Positions 26,401-38,687 of a stretch of 64,000 nucleotides of DNA are shown here, one piece after another. Source of the stretch: Eledone cirrhosa (Eukaryota); assembly GCA_964016885.1 (NCBI GenBank), contig OZ024744.1, positions 112,220,001-112,284,000 on the forward strand, read 5' to 3'. Made by a program: the position numbers and the translations under genes. The first letter of the stretch is position 1. Each line of letters opens with the position of its first letter. The notes beneath the pieces are model-generated. The model ran no database searches and had not been told where the DNA came from. It was given only the letters and a program-made list of their open reading frames with translations.

Positions 26401-26432
26401 TCAAATCTAGATTCTTGTTTAACAAATATATA

Positions 26433-27030
26433 TCATCATCATCATCATCATCATCATCGTTTAACGTCCATCTTCCACGCTTGCATGGGTTTGGACAGGA
26501 ATTGTCCCACTTGAGGCATGATTGGTTGTCTTACTCGTATAGGACTGTCTGGCAGGTTTTCTACAGCTGGATGCCCTTCCTAACACCAACCACGTTTACA
26601 GTGTGGGACTGGGAGGTTTTTACCGTGTTACCTACATGGCCACATTACAGCGTAGACTGTGTGTTTTTTTGTCGTGACACCTACACGACCTCATTTGTTT
26701 CGGCCTGGATGTTGTGATACCAACATAACTTTACATCGAAAGTGGTGGTGTGGATGGGGTGGGGGTAGTGGGACGGGGGTGTATTTTTGTTAAGAGGTGC
26801 CTACTGACTGTAGGTTTCGCTTTGTATTTAGATAAGGCGGGTCTTCTCTATTACTGAGTACCGCCAAAGATCTCGGTCCAGTGACATTGTCTTGGAGAGG
26901 TGTAAGTGTGTGAGGTCGGAATTTATCAGGTCGTCCCAGGTTTTTCTGGGTCTGCCTACTCCGTGGCTACCATCTATCTTTATTGTCCTGCACTTTTTTA
27001 TACAGCTGTCGTCTTTCATGTGCATCACGT
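26433..27030 (-). mobile_element. RTE 3' end (second family) with long 3' UTR and (GAT)n tail
   Basis: HVMHMKDD..IKKC...GRPRKTW.D...DRDLWR; related copies at 31125-31672 and 63100-63530. Confidence 0.82.
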
Positions 27031-27264
27031 GTATATATATATGTGTATATTGCATTAAATATATTGAGAAAGATGAATTACAAAAAAGAAAATAAGACAA
27101 GATAAATGAAGAAGAAATAAATATATTAAAGTATTCATAGAGTAATATTACGGGAGGGGGGTAACTATAATCTTAATGCCAAAAATTTGCTAAACGTGAA
27201 TCATAGATTGATTAAGGGGTAATTAAACTAACTCACAACTATATGTGAGAAATATATATAGATG

Positions 27265-27610
27265 GAGGCACATGGCTTAGTGGTTAGAGCATTGGCCTTG
27301 CAATCGAAAGGTTGTGAGTTCAATTCTCAGACCGGGTGATGTGTTGTTTCCTTGAGCAAGACACTTTATTTCACATTGCTCCAGTTTACTCAGCTGTAGA
27401 AATGAGATGATAGGGACTGGGGTCCCTATCATTCCACTGCAAAGTGGTCGTGTAGGTGCCACGGCAAAAAAGCACCCAGCACTCACTGTAAATGAGGTTG
27501 GTGTTAGGAAGGGCATCCAGCTGTAGAAATCAAGCCAGACTCAGTTCCCATCCCACCCTTGCAAGCAGGGAAAAAGCGGACGTAAAATGAAATGATGAAA
27601 ATGATGATAT
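27265..27610 (+). mobile_element. SINE family B
   Basis: Family similarity; full length. Confidence 0.9.
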
Positions 27611-27777
27611 ATATATATATATATATGTATGTAGGAGTTGTATTTAATTTGTTGGAATTCCGACAAACATAAATGTTTATAACTGATATAGAGCACTCAA
27701 CAGCACTATCCAGCGAATTTCGGACCATTAAGGTGTGATTTCCATGGGTATGTCATTATTTATAAAACAAATTTTGT

Positions 27778-27840
27778 ATTTTATCTGATGAAAGCACACC
27801 AAGATTTGCTTGGTCGCCCTTGAAATATATATAATAAAAT
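27778..27840 (+). ncRNA. Type I hammerhead ribozyme, intact core
   Basis: attttat-CTGATGA-aag..accaag(atttg)cttggt..ctt-GAAA-tatata-TA-ataaaat; 7-bp stem I. Confidence 0.75.
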
Positions 27841-27889
27841 AAATATGGTTTTATAAATATAGTTTCCATTTATTATTATATTGGTGAAT

Positions 27890-28278
27890 CAGGGCGGTGA
27901 ATTGGCAGTATCGGTAGAGGGTTGGACGCCATGCTTTCTAGCATAGTTACGTCCCTTTACAGTCTGAGTTCAAATCCCGCCGAGGTTAACTTTGCCTTTC
28001 ATCCTTACGGGGTCGGTAAAATAAAGTACCAGTAATGTACTGGGTAATTGCTAGCCTTGTGCCTAAAGTAGAAACAATTATTTAATATAGAATGAATTGG
28101 CAGTATCGGTAGAGGGTCGGACGCCATGCTTTGATGCATAGAGTTACGGCCCTTGCTATTCTGAGTTCAAATCCCGCCGAGGTTAACTTTGCCTTTCATC
28201 TTTACGGGGTCGGTAAAATAAAGTACCAGTAATGTACTGGGTAATTGCTGGCCTTGTGCCTAAAGTAGAAACAATTAT
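27890..28278 (+). mobile_element. Two tandem SINE family A copies within one TSD
   Basis: attattatattggtg flanks the pair. Confidence 0.85.
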
Positions 28279-28551
28279 TATATTGGTGTATGTGTGTGTG
28301 TATGTATTTTTGTTTACATGTCTCGCTCGCTTCACCCTATTTTACGTGTGCCAATAACTTTCTTTAGTTATTGCTCGCACTAACCAGAGGTATATGATCT
28401 TTAAAGTGAAGAAATACCAATGAAGGTTGGAAGATCACTAATGAAGGACTAATTTTATATAATATATATATAATATATATATATATATATTAGAAAGTGA
28501 GGTTTTTTTTACAAAATGAAAAATAACTGAGGTGTCCTACACGAGTGAAAG

Positions 28552-28785
28552 TATAAAGAAAAAGAGATGAAATCGAAAATGCAACTGAAGTCTTTTTTTT
28601 TTTTTTTTTTTTAATAAATATATATATTTTTTTAAATAAATATATATATTTAAAATAAATATATATATTTTTTAAAATAAATATATATATTTAAAATAAA
28701 TATATATTTTTTAAAATAAATATATATATTTTAAAAAAAAATAAGACTTCAGTTGCATTTTCGATTTCATCTCTTTTTCTTTATA
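28552..28785. repeat. Inverted repeat (43-bp arms) around an expanded A/T-rich core
   Basis: tataaagaaaaagagatgaaatcgaaaatgcaactgaagtctt and its exact reverse complement. Confidence 0.9.
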
Positions 28786-29015
28786 TATCTACACGGTAAA
28801 AACCTCCCAGACCCACACTGTAAATGTGGTTGGTGTTAGGAAGGGCATCCAACTGTAGAAAACCTGCCAGACAGTCCTATGCGAGCAAGACAATCACTCT
28901 TGCTTCAAGTGGGACTACCCCCGTCCAAACCCATGCAAGCGTGGAACACGGACGTTAAACGTTGATGATGATGATGATGATGATATATATATATATATAT
29001 AAATATATATTTTGG

Positions 29016-29878
29016 GTTGAATCGGAGGTAACCACAGTAAGTGTGGTACTCAATACATTGCAGATTATAAAAGATTTCTAAAGAATGAAACAGTTCTAGT
29101 CCTGTAGAATCTCATCTATATTAAAACTTATATAAATATATATATATATATATTTTAATATAGATGAGATTCTACAGGACTAGAACTGTTTCATTCTTTA
29201 GAAATCATGAGGAATCTGGCTTTCCAAAAATAAATGTTGTGGTATTTATATCTTTTCGGGTGGTAGGAGAGGGTGGGGAGTGGGATGGGTAGAGGTCATT
29301 GGTTGAAAGAAAAGGGAATTCATTAAAAGCTAATTCTATAGCTTAAGAGTAATATGAATATAATGGTATGATAGGCACTCAATATTTTGAACTGGTCTAT
29401 AGAATTCTCTTGGCCTTTGTTACTGGAAGTAGAACTTTAAAGAATTAGCTTTTAAAGAATTTCCCTTTTCTTTAAATCCATCAACCATGACTGACCCCCA
29501 ACAATTTTATAGACACCTGAAATCTAGGCATTGTTAGCTTAAGAGAAACTTAAACATAAGGAGTGGCACCCCATTCTGAACCTGTTTATAGAATTCTCTC
29601 TGCCTCTGTCACTCTAAATATGAATTATAGCCTTAAAGAATTAGCTTTTAATGAATTCCCTTTTCTTTCAACCAATGACCTCTACCCATCCCACTCCCCA
29701 CCCTCTCCTACCACCTGAAGAGACCTATAAATACCATATTTATTTTTGGATTGCCAGATTCCTCATGATTTCTAAAGAATGAAACAGTTCTAGTCCTGTA
29801 GAATCTCATCTATATTAAAACTTTTATACTCTGCTATGTATTGAGTACCTTACTAACTGTGGTTACCTCCGATTCAAC
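29016..29878. mobile_element. Large nested inverted repeat of a PLE-type pLTR carrying hammerhead variants
   Basis: 29016-29340 is the reverse complement of about 29635-29878, with an inner palindrome 29072-29208 around (TA)n. agattc-CTCATGA-tttc(taaa)gaat-GAAA-cag..ctg-TA-gaatct at 29756-29806 and inverted near 29168-29218. Confidence 0.8.
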
Positions 29879-30200
29879 ATCATCATCATCATTTTACGTC
29901 CGCTTCTCCCTGCTTGCAAGGGTGGGACGGGAACTGATTCTGGCTTGATTTCTACAGCTGGATGCCCTTCCTAACACCAACCTCATTTACAGTGAGTGCT
30001 GGGTGCTTTTTTGCTGTGGCACCTCCACGACCACTTTACAGTGTGATGATAGGGACCCCAGTCCCATCATCTCATTTCTACAGCTGAGTAAACTGGAGCA
30101 ATGTGAAATAAAGTGTCTTGCTCAAGGAAACAACACATCACCCGATCTGAGAATTGAACTCACAACCTTTCAATTGCAAGCCCAATGCTCTAACCACTAA
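29878..30200 (-). mobile_element. SINE family B
   Basis: Family similarity. Confidence 0.9.
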
Positions 30201-30228
30201 TAATATATATATATAGTGACATATAGTG

Positions 30229-30650
30229 AAGGTGCATGGCTTAGTGGTTAGACCATTGGCCTTGCAATCGAAAGGTTGTGAGTTCAATTCTCAGACCGGG
30301 TGATGTGTTGTTTCCTTGAGCAAGACACTTTATTTCACGTTGCTCCAGTTTACTCAGCTGTAGAAATGAGATGATAGGACTGGGGTCCGTATCATTCCAC
30401 TGCAAAAAAAAAAGCACCCAGCCCACACTGTAAAGTGGTCGTGTAGGCGCCACAGAAGAAAAGCACCCAGCACTCACTGTAAATGAGGTTGGTGTTAGGA
30501 AGGGCATCCAACTGTAGAATTCAAGCCAGAATCTGTTCCTGAATGAGCAAGACAAGGTCATCCGACCTAACATTGCTCACAACAGGACAACCCGTCTAAC
30601 CCATGCTAACGTGGAAGAACGGATGTATGATGATGATGATGATGATGATA
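30229..30650 (+). mobile_element. SINE family B
   Basis: Family similarity; head-to-head with the previous copy. Confidence 0.9.
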
Positions 30651-30744
30651 TATATATATATATCATTTTCTGATTTCACACCTAATTTTTATAATTTTAT
30701 ACAATTTCTATAATCTTGTGCACTTTTATTCTGTGTGTGTGTAA

Positions 30745-31672
30745 AGAATTTTGCTTTTTTGCCATGGTGCCTACACGTCCACTTTACAGTGAGGGCTGGG
30801 TGCTTTTTACCGTGGTGCCTACACATCCACTCTACAGTGTGGGCTGGATGCTTTTTTGCTGTGGCAGCTCCACAACCACTTTGCAGTGGGAGGAGTTGTC
30901 ATCCTTCATACGCATCACATGTCCATACCAGCGCAACCTCCTCTCCTGCACACAGCATTTGATTCCTCTTATGCTCAGTCTCTCTCTCAATTCATTTATG
31001 CTTTGCCGTTCACGTATATTACTATTTCACATCCATCGGAGCATGCAAGCTTTATTTCTTTCTAATCTATGCAAGTCTTCTGCAGACAATGCCCAGGTCT
31101 CCCTACCGTGTAATATATATATATCATCGTTATCGTTTAACATCTATCTTCCACGCTAGCATGGGTTTAGACGGGAATTGTCCCGCTTGAGGCAAGATTG
31201 GTCGTCTCGCTCTTATAGAACTGTCTGGCAGGTTTTCTATGGCTGGATGCCCTCCCTAACACCAACCACGTTTACAGTGTTGACTGGGAGGTTTTTACTG
31301 TGTTACCTAAACGGCCACATTACAGCGTGGACTGTGTTTTGTTGTTGTGACACCTACACGACCTCATTTATTTAGGACTGGATGTTGTGGTACCAACATA
31401 ACTTTACAGAGAATGGGGTGATGTTGGTGGGGTGGGGGAGTCGGGGAGTGAGAGGGGGTGTATATTTGGTTAAGAGGTGCCTAGTGACTGTAGGTTTTGC
31501 TTTGTACTTAGGCAAGGCGGGTTTTCTGTATTATTGCATAGCGCCAAAGATCTCGGTCCAGTGATATTGTCTTAGAGAGGTGTAAGTGTGTAAGGTCAGA
31601 TTTATCAAATCGTCCCCAGGTTTTTCTGGGTGTGCCTACTCCGTAATTTCCGTTAATTTTGATCGCCCTGCA
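30745..31672 (-). mobile_element. RTE 3' fragments and SINE-B internal repeat units
   Basis: Reverse complement of RRLRWYGHVMRM at 30890-31115; RTE 3' UTR at 31125-31672. Confidence 0.78.
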
Positions 31673-31701
31673 CTTATATATATATATATATATATATATA
31701 T

Positions 31702-32520
31702 AAGAAAAGGAAAGGCATAAATTCTATAAAATGCACACAATGCAGGTCCTGGGTACACAAGAGATGTAGCGGGATAGCAGGCAAACTAACAGGTAGGGAG
31801 AAATATGTATGCAGTAGATGTACAGGGAAATTAGACAGTAGAAGTCGCACTGATAGACACATTTTTCAAATGCGAGAGGGCGCTATAGAAGTGGTGGATA
31901 GCTTCCGGTACCTAGGAGATCAGATTAGCATGGGAGGAGGGTGTTCCGAGGCCATAGTATCTAGAATAAGGACGGGTTGGAAGAAGTTTAGGGAGCTGCT
32001 TCCTCTGTTGACGAAGAAGGGTTTCTCCCTGCGTACGAAAGGCCGGTTGTATGATGCCTGTGTGAGGAGCGCGATGCTGCATGGTAGTGAGACATGGGCA
32101 GCAACCGCAGAGGATATGCGACGGCTGGAGAGAAATGAGGCAAGCATGCTCCGTTGGATGTGCAGTGTAAATGTGCGTGAACGACCCAGCATAAATGTGT
32201 TGAGAGAGAAACTGTGTCTGAGAGGGATAGAATGTAGTGTACGGGAGAGGAGACTGAGGTGGTATGGACATGTGATGCGCATGGAGGATGACCGATGGGT
32301 GAAGAAGTGCCAGGAAATGCCAGTTGAAGGAAGACGTGGTAGAGGTAGACCACGAAAAACATGGGCGGAGGTGGTGAGAACAGACCTCAGATCATTGAAG
32401 CTCACGGTGGAGATGACGAGGGACCGTGACGAGTGGAGAGATGCTGTGCTGAATAAGACCCGTCCCACCCTTGCAAGCAGGGAAAAGCGGACGTAAAATG
32501 ATGATGATGATGATGATGAT
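31702..32520 (+). mobile_element. Young 5'-truncated RTE LINE with uninterrupted C-terminal frame, inserted in (TA)n
   Basis: Open frame from about 31702 (CTQCRSWVHKRC) through ORF 31870-32496 (FRYLG, GSETW, RLRWYGHV, GRPRKTW); (GAT)n tail. Confidence 0.93.
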
Positions 32521-33669
32521 ATACATATATATATATACATTGATGCTGCTGTTATTAGGTTATTTGAAAATAGGCATGCGTTACCTAGCTGAAAGTATTT
32601 CACAGGTGAATTCATTACAGATGTTGGTTTCAGAATTTGACCATTTAGTCCTAAAAACATTTACTCCCACAATACCACATGAAAATATCCCAACGTCTTG
32701 TGATGACAGATCATTTGTCAATTACCACTATGACCATACAGTTGATTGATCAACTGTATATAATGTGTAACCGGTTGAGTATTCCACAGACATGTGTACA
32801 GTAATTCCTAATTTAAATCAGCATGACGCAACATATGCAGATGCAGCCTACCCCCCCCCCCCCCCCATGAGACTTTTATGTGTAAGTGTGGTGACTATGG
32901 TAGTGGTGGAATAGCTAAGAGAGAATTTAAAAACAAACTAGTCACACACAAAAGAGTGTGTGACTAGTTTGTCCCATAACTGAGCAGTTCAATAAGAAGA
33001 GATAATTAAAATAAGTACCAGACTTGTAAAAGAAAAAAAAACAAATACTGGGTTAATATATGATCGACTAAATGAAAAGTGGTGCTCCAGTGTGGCCATA
33101 GTCTAATGACTGAAAGCAGTAAAATAAAGGTTTCATTTATTGGCCACAAAGGCCGACAATACAAAGACAGGGGCAGTGGAAAAATGCTTTATGTGGAGGG
33201 CAAGTGCGGCAGACAATTATGGAAGGTGGTGGGATGGTAGGGGGTGGAGTGTAAGAGAGATTATAAGGATAGTAAATGTGGGACGGGTTAGGACAAAGAC
33301 AGACTCCCATTCTAACCCCCCCCCCCACACACACACACACACACACGCCCCATCCCCTGCACTGCAACAAGTAACAGATAAATTTAAAAAAAAAACTTCC
33401 AGAGGCTACTAAAATGTGAGACATTATATGAGTGAGGGAGTGACCAGACCATAATAATAATAATAGTAGACAGCTGTCAAGTGACATACCATAATCATGT
33501 GATTACTAACTAATCCTATCAATGCAGTCACAGTGTTGTTGTAACCCCTCCCACCTACAAGGGAAGTTATCCTGCTATATCAGTAGTTTTACCTCTGCTT
33601 TCTAGGTTGGTTTCTTCTTTTGTGTTTGGGGGGGGGGGGTTAAGAGGAGAGGAGGTGTGTGTGTCTCTT

Positions 33670-33701
<32 letters not shown>

Positions 33702-34209
33702 TGAAACGAAACTAGTTCATAGATAAGAGGACCTATTAGCACCACCGCCACCACCTCCATACAACTACACCATGAATCTCCCTGAGAATTATGTTAACAG
33801 TACACGTGTCTGTGGAATACTCAAACTATGTTACCAGATGAACTACCTGTAATTCAAAGGGACAGCCTTGTCATATATTGTCATCTGCCAGGGTATTGTA
33901 TCAACTATAGTGAGTGGAATACTCAGCCACTAATGGGTTAACCCTTTTCTAATGAAAGAAGCTGCTTATGATTTCAATTAATTTTGAAAAATTTGGGAGA
34001 ATTTAGTAATACAACTAACGTTCTCATTATTAAGTTGGTGTTTGGGACATAACTTAACAAAGGTTCTTACATAAAATTATGATGGAAGGATTTTAGATAA
34101 ATATAAAACACTTAAAAGCAAATAGTTTTGTATTGTGGAATGGAATCAGGGGTGGTTTCAGGTGTTAACGACTAGATTGCACATCATGAAAACTGATTAA
34201 TATTATAAA

Positions 34210-34804
34210 CTAGAAGTGGTACCCGGCGTTGCACTGGATAAAGTATTTTGGAACGCGGGCTGCCAACAGACCTAATTGTGGAAAAACTGCACGCGAGGAC
34301 AATATGTAAAGAAAATAAACCGAATACTCTGATGGCTGGATAATCTTTAGGATTTTCCTCGATGAAGCAGGAAAAAGGCAGGTTTTCACCTGATGCGGGC
34401 CCTAGGGGATCAAGAAATTGAATTTTCTTTTATGTGCATAATATGCCTTGAAATCTCGGAGAAATCGGCTAGACGTAACGCCTCCAAAAGGCCCTAAAAA
34501 GCTGAAAAAATGAAGTGTTTCACCTATTGCAGGCCCTAGGCCATAACAAAAAGTTGGATTTTCTTTGCTCACGGTATGAAGAAGAGACTGACTAACACAT
34601 AGCTATAATTTCAAGGAAATCGGTCGGACGTAACGCCTAAAAGAAAAACATAAAAAGCTTAAAAAACGCCGTTTTTCACCTAATGCGGACCCTAGGAGAT
34701 CAAAAACTGGAATTTTATGTGCATAACACTCCCTGAAATATAAGCAATACACATGTAAAGTTTGAAAAAGTTCGGTTGGGTACTTCTCGAGTTTTAGGGA
34801 TTCG

Positions 34805-34873
<69 letters not shown>

Positions 34874-35157
34874 CCTCAGGGAAGTGACGTAATGCAGACA
34901 GCCAGATATACTGACAGATATTATATGTATGTATCTATCTAAAAAGAGAAAGACTAAAAATTATAGAGATAGATCGCTAAATCGCCTAATGCGGTCCCTA
35001 AGACATTGAAAATTTGAATTTTGTTTTGCTCAGAACACTCCCTGAAACATAAGTATTACATGAGTAAAGTTTGAAAACAGTCAGTTGGGTGGTTCTCGAG
35101 TTTTAGGGATTCAAACTCACACACACACACAGACATCCTAAGTTTTATATATATAGA
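34210..35157 (-). mobile_element. Non-autonomous Helitron
   Basis: Minus-strand 5' end TCTATATATATAAAA then (GT)n; 3' ccagtgcaacgccggg imperfect hairpin then CTAG|T. Confidence 0.72.
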
Positions 35158-36761
35158 CTAGCAGAATGGCCCGGCGTTACACGGGATTTGCTCTTATATA
35201 TTTGATATATATTTATCCTTATTGAGCCTCGTGAAATAAATACGTTTATTTATATTTTGTTATTGTGTATGCAAAAATATCTGTACACGAATATATAATT
35301 ATATATATATCTATATATCTAAAATAGAGAATGTCTGTCTGTCTGTCAGCTCACTAAAACTTGAGAACCACCCAACCAATTGTTTTCAAACTTTACACAT
35401 GTAATTCTTATGGTCCTGTGAGTGTTTTGAGCAAAGAATATTTCAAATTTTCAATGCCCTAGGGACCGTATTAGTCGATTTAGCGTTCTCTCTCTATAAT
35501 TCTTAGTCTTTCTTTTTAGATAGATACATAGATATAACGTTGCGCCCTTATAATATCTGTCTGTATGTCTGGCTGTCTGCATTACGTCATTATGACGCGA
35601 TCAGTGTGTGTGTGTCTGTATATGTATCGTAATGCAGACAGCAAGACATATAGCTTTCCTTCCCCTCTTCCAGCGTCTCTCTCTCTCCCGCTATCCCCCT
35701 CTTTTAGTCTGTCTGTTTCTTTCACTCTCACTCTTTCTCTTTATAACTCACTCACATTAATACTAAAGGGTTAAGGTATTGTTCTCAAAATAAATAATAT
35801 TAAAGGTGGATTGGCAGTATCGGTAGAGGGTCGGACGCCATGCTTTCCAGCAGAGTTACGTCCCTTTACGATCTGAGTTCAAATCCCGCCGAGGTTGATT
35901 TTCCCTTTCATCCTTACGGGGTCGATAAAATAAAGTACCAGTAATGAACTGGGTATTTGCTGGCCTTGTGCCTAAAGTAGAAACAATTAAATCTATGAGA
36001 TTTTTATATTATGTGAGATAAAGCCTTTACCATGAAAATAATTGTTTCTACTTTTGGCACAAGGCCAGCAATTACCCAGTGCATTACTGGTACTTTATTC
36101 TATCGACCCCGGAAGGATGAAAGGTAAAGTTAACCTCGGCGGGTTACCATGAAAATAATATAGTATATATAGAGTAATGTAAATGTTAAAGGGTTAATTC
36201 CATCAGACCATGTGAGAGAGTTTATAATCACTCACGCACACATACACACTCACGCATGCAAACGCACACAAACTCACACACACACGCGCGCACGTACACA
36301 CACACGCAATAGTTATTCCACTGTCATGTATCTTTGGCGGCGTCTGTCACTCTCTCTCTCTCTCTCCCGCTATCCCCCTCTTTTAGTCTGTCTGTTTCTT
36401 TCACTCTCACTCTTTCTCTCTGTAACTCGTTCACATTTCTCCCCTCTATCGATAAACGCTGTGACGAATGGGGAGAAGGAGGAGGAGGAGTAGAGAGCCA
36501 CTTCTTCACTTCGCCTCTCCGTTTCTTTCTCTCCCCTCTCACTCCCTCATTATGTACAGACATTGGCCACTTCACTAATTCGATCCCTAGGTCAGAATAA
36601 TTTGAAATTTTTTGGGGGGTCAAAACACTCCCAGGGCCGTCTGGCCCTGGGAGTGTTTTGACCAAAGTTTGTGTAAAGTTTGAAAAAAAAACGTTTGGGT
36701 ACTTCTCGAGTTTTAGGGAAACAGACACATAGTCAGACATCCTCTGTTTTATATATATAGA
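35158..36761 (-). mobile_element. Second non-autonomous Helitron abutting the first, with nested insertions
   Basis: 5' A|TCTATATATATAAAAC at 36761; 3' cccgtgtaacgccggg..CTAG at 35158. Contains an inverted related piece (35309-35590), a MITE piece (35771-36197) and SINE A copies. Confidence 0.62.
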
Positions 36762-37250
36762 TGATGACAAGGAAGGAAAATACGATGTTATAATTGGTGT
36801 CTTTAAAATTATGTTACTTGTTCCCAATATTAAGTATAGAAAACCCAATAAGATTTACCAAACTTAACCAGAAACAACAACAACAACAACAACAACACCA
36901 AAACACCAATAACAACAACAACAACAACAACAAACGACAGCAGCAACAGCAACAAGTTTTAGTCATTTTTTTTTAAAACCCTTTCTGTTCACGTTCATCC
37001 TGTACCACATGAAACCACATTAGCAAGATATTCTTGTAAAGTACAAAAAAACACTTGATTACATCACATTAAATATTAAAGTACCAGTAATGCACTGGGT
37101 AATTGCTGGCCTTGTGCCTAAAGTAGAAACAATTAAATATTAAAGTCTTTACTTTAATCCTGTAAGTTTCCACAACAATCTGTCCACTAATAAATATAGT
37201 ATAGCCATTTGAATTAACAAAGCCATTTTTAGATATTTTCTGTTAAATCA

Positions 37251-38125
37251 TTTAACACTTTACCATTTACATTACTCTATATTTACGGCAGTGGTCGGGC
37301 AGTATCGGTAGAGCGTCAGACACCATGTTTTGCAGCATAGCTATGGCCCTTTGCGTTCTGAGTTCAAATCCGCCGAGGTTAACTTTGCCTTTCATCCTTA
37401 CGGGGTCGATAAAATAAAGTACCAGTGGTGCACTGGGGTATTCGCTGGCCTTGTGCCAAAAGTAGAAACTTATATATTTACGATCATATGTTCGTGGTAA
37501 ATGCATAATTATCTCACATAATATTGAATCTATGAGATTTTGATATTATTTCTTCGGTGGATTGGCAGTATCGGTAGAGGGTCGGACGCCATGCTTTCCA
37601 GCATAGTTACGTCCCTTTATGATCTGAGTTCAAATCCTGCCGAGGTTGACTTTGCCTTTCATCCTTACAGGGTCGATAAAATAAAGTACCAGTAATGCAC
37701 TGGGTAATTGCTGGCCTTGTGCCTAAAGTAGAAACAATTATTTGGCGGTGGATTGGCAGTATCGGTCGATGGTCGGACGCCATGCTTTCCAGCATAGTTA
37801 CGTCCCTTTACGATCTGAGTTCAAATCCCGCCGAGGTTGACTTTGCCTTTCATCCTTACGGGGTCGATAAAATAAAGTACCAGTAATGCACTGGGGTAAT
37901 CGCTGGCCTTGTGCCAAAAGTAGAAACAATTATATATTTACGATCATATGTTCGTGGTAAATGCATAATTATCTCACATAATATTGAATCTATGAGATTT
38001 TGATATTATTTCTTTTGAGAACAATACCTTAACATCAGTATGAGTGGCCAGTTATGGTCGGTTTGAACAGAAATAGGTGAGAGAATTCTGGCCGGATATG
38101 GTTGGTTTAAATGCTAAAGGGCTAA
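37251..38125 (+). mobile_element. TTAA-flanked MITE carrying three SINE family A copies and an internal tandem duplication
   Basis: Ends ttaacactttaccattt and aaatgctaaagggctaa; SINEs at 37288-37472, 37555-37742 and 37744-37931. Confidence 0.65.
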
Positions 38126-38231
38126 GGATGTTAACATTATTGAGGGTCAGAAAAAGTAACTACTCTGATAAAACTACAGCCATCATCCTCAGTCAATGAT
38201 CACTTGCTATTTGTATGTAACATACTAATGC

Positions 38232-38655
38232 TGGAGGTTGAGGTGGTGGTGGTGGTGGTGGTGGTGGTGGTGTTGGTGGTGGTGGTGGTGGTGGTGGTGG
38301 TGGTGGAGGTGGTGGTGGTGGTGGTGGTGGTGGTGGTTATGTTGTTGGTGTTGGTGGTGGTGGAGGTGGTGGTGATGGTGGTGGTGGTGATGATGGTGGT
38401 GATGGTGGTGGTGGTGGTGGAGGTGGTGGTGTTGGTGGTGGTGGTGTTGGTGGTGTTGGTGTTGGTGGAGGTGATGGTGGTGGTGGTGGTGATGATGGTG
38501 ATGGTGGTGGTGGTGGTGGTGTTGTTGGTGTTGTGGTGGTGGTGGTGGTGGTGGTGTTGTTGGTGTTGGTGTTGGTGGTGGTGGAGGTGTTGGTGGTGGT
38601 GGTGGTGGTGGTGGTGGTGGTGGTGGTGGTGGTGGTGGTGTTGGTGGTGGTGGTG

Positions 38656-38687
<32 letters not shown>

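Noticed and set aside
32934-32973. 17-bp-arm hairpin acaaactagtcacacac
   Set aside because: Isolated, no link to other features; cannot assign a function.
35771-38032. 2.3-kb TIR transposon bounded by ttaaggtattgttctcaaaa
   Set aside because: Better explained as internal parts of two oppositely oriented copies of one MITE family; it would overlap the Helitron non-nestedly.
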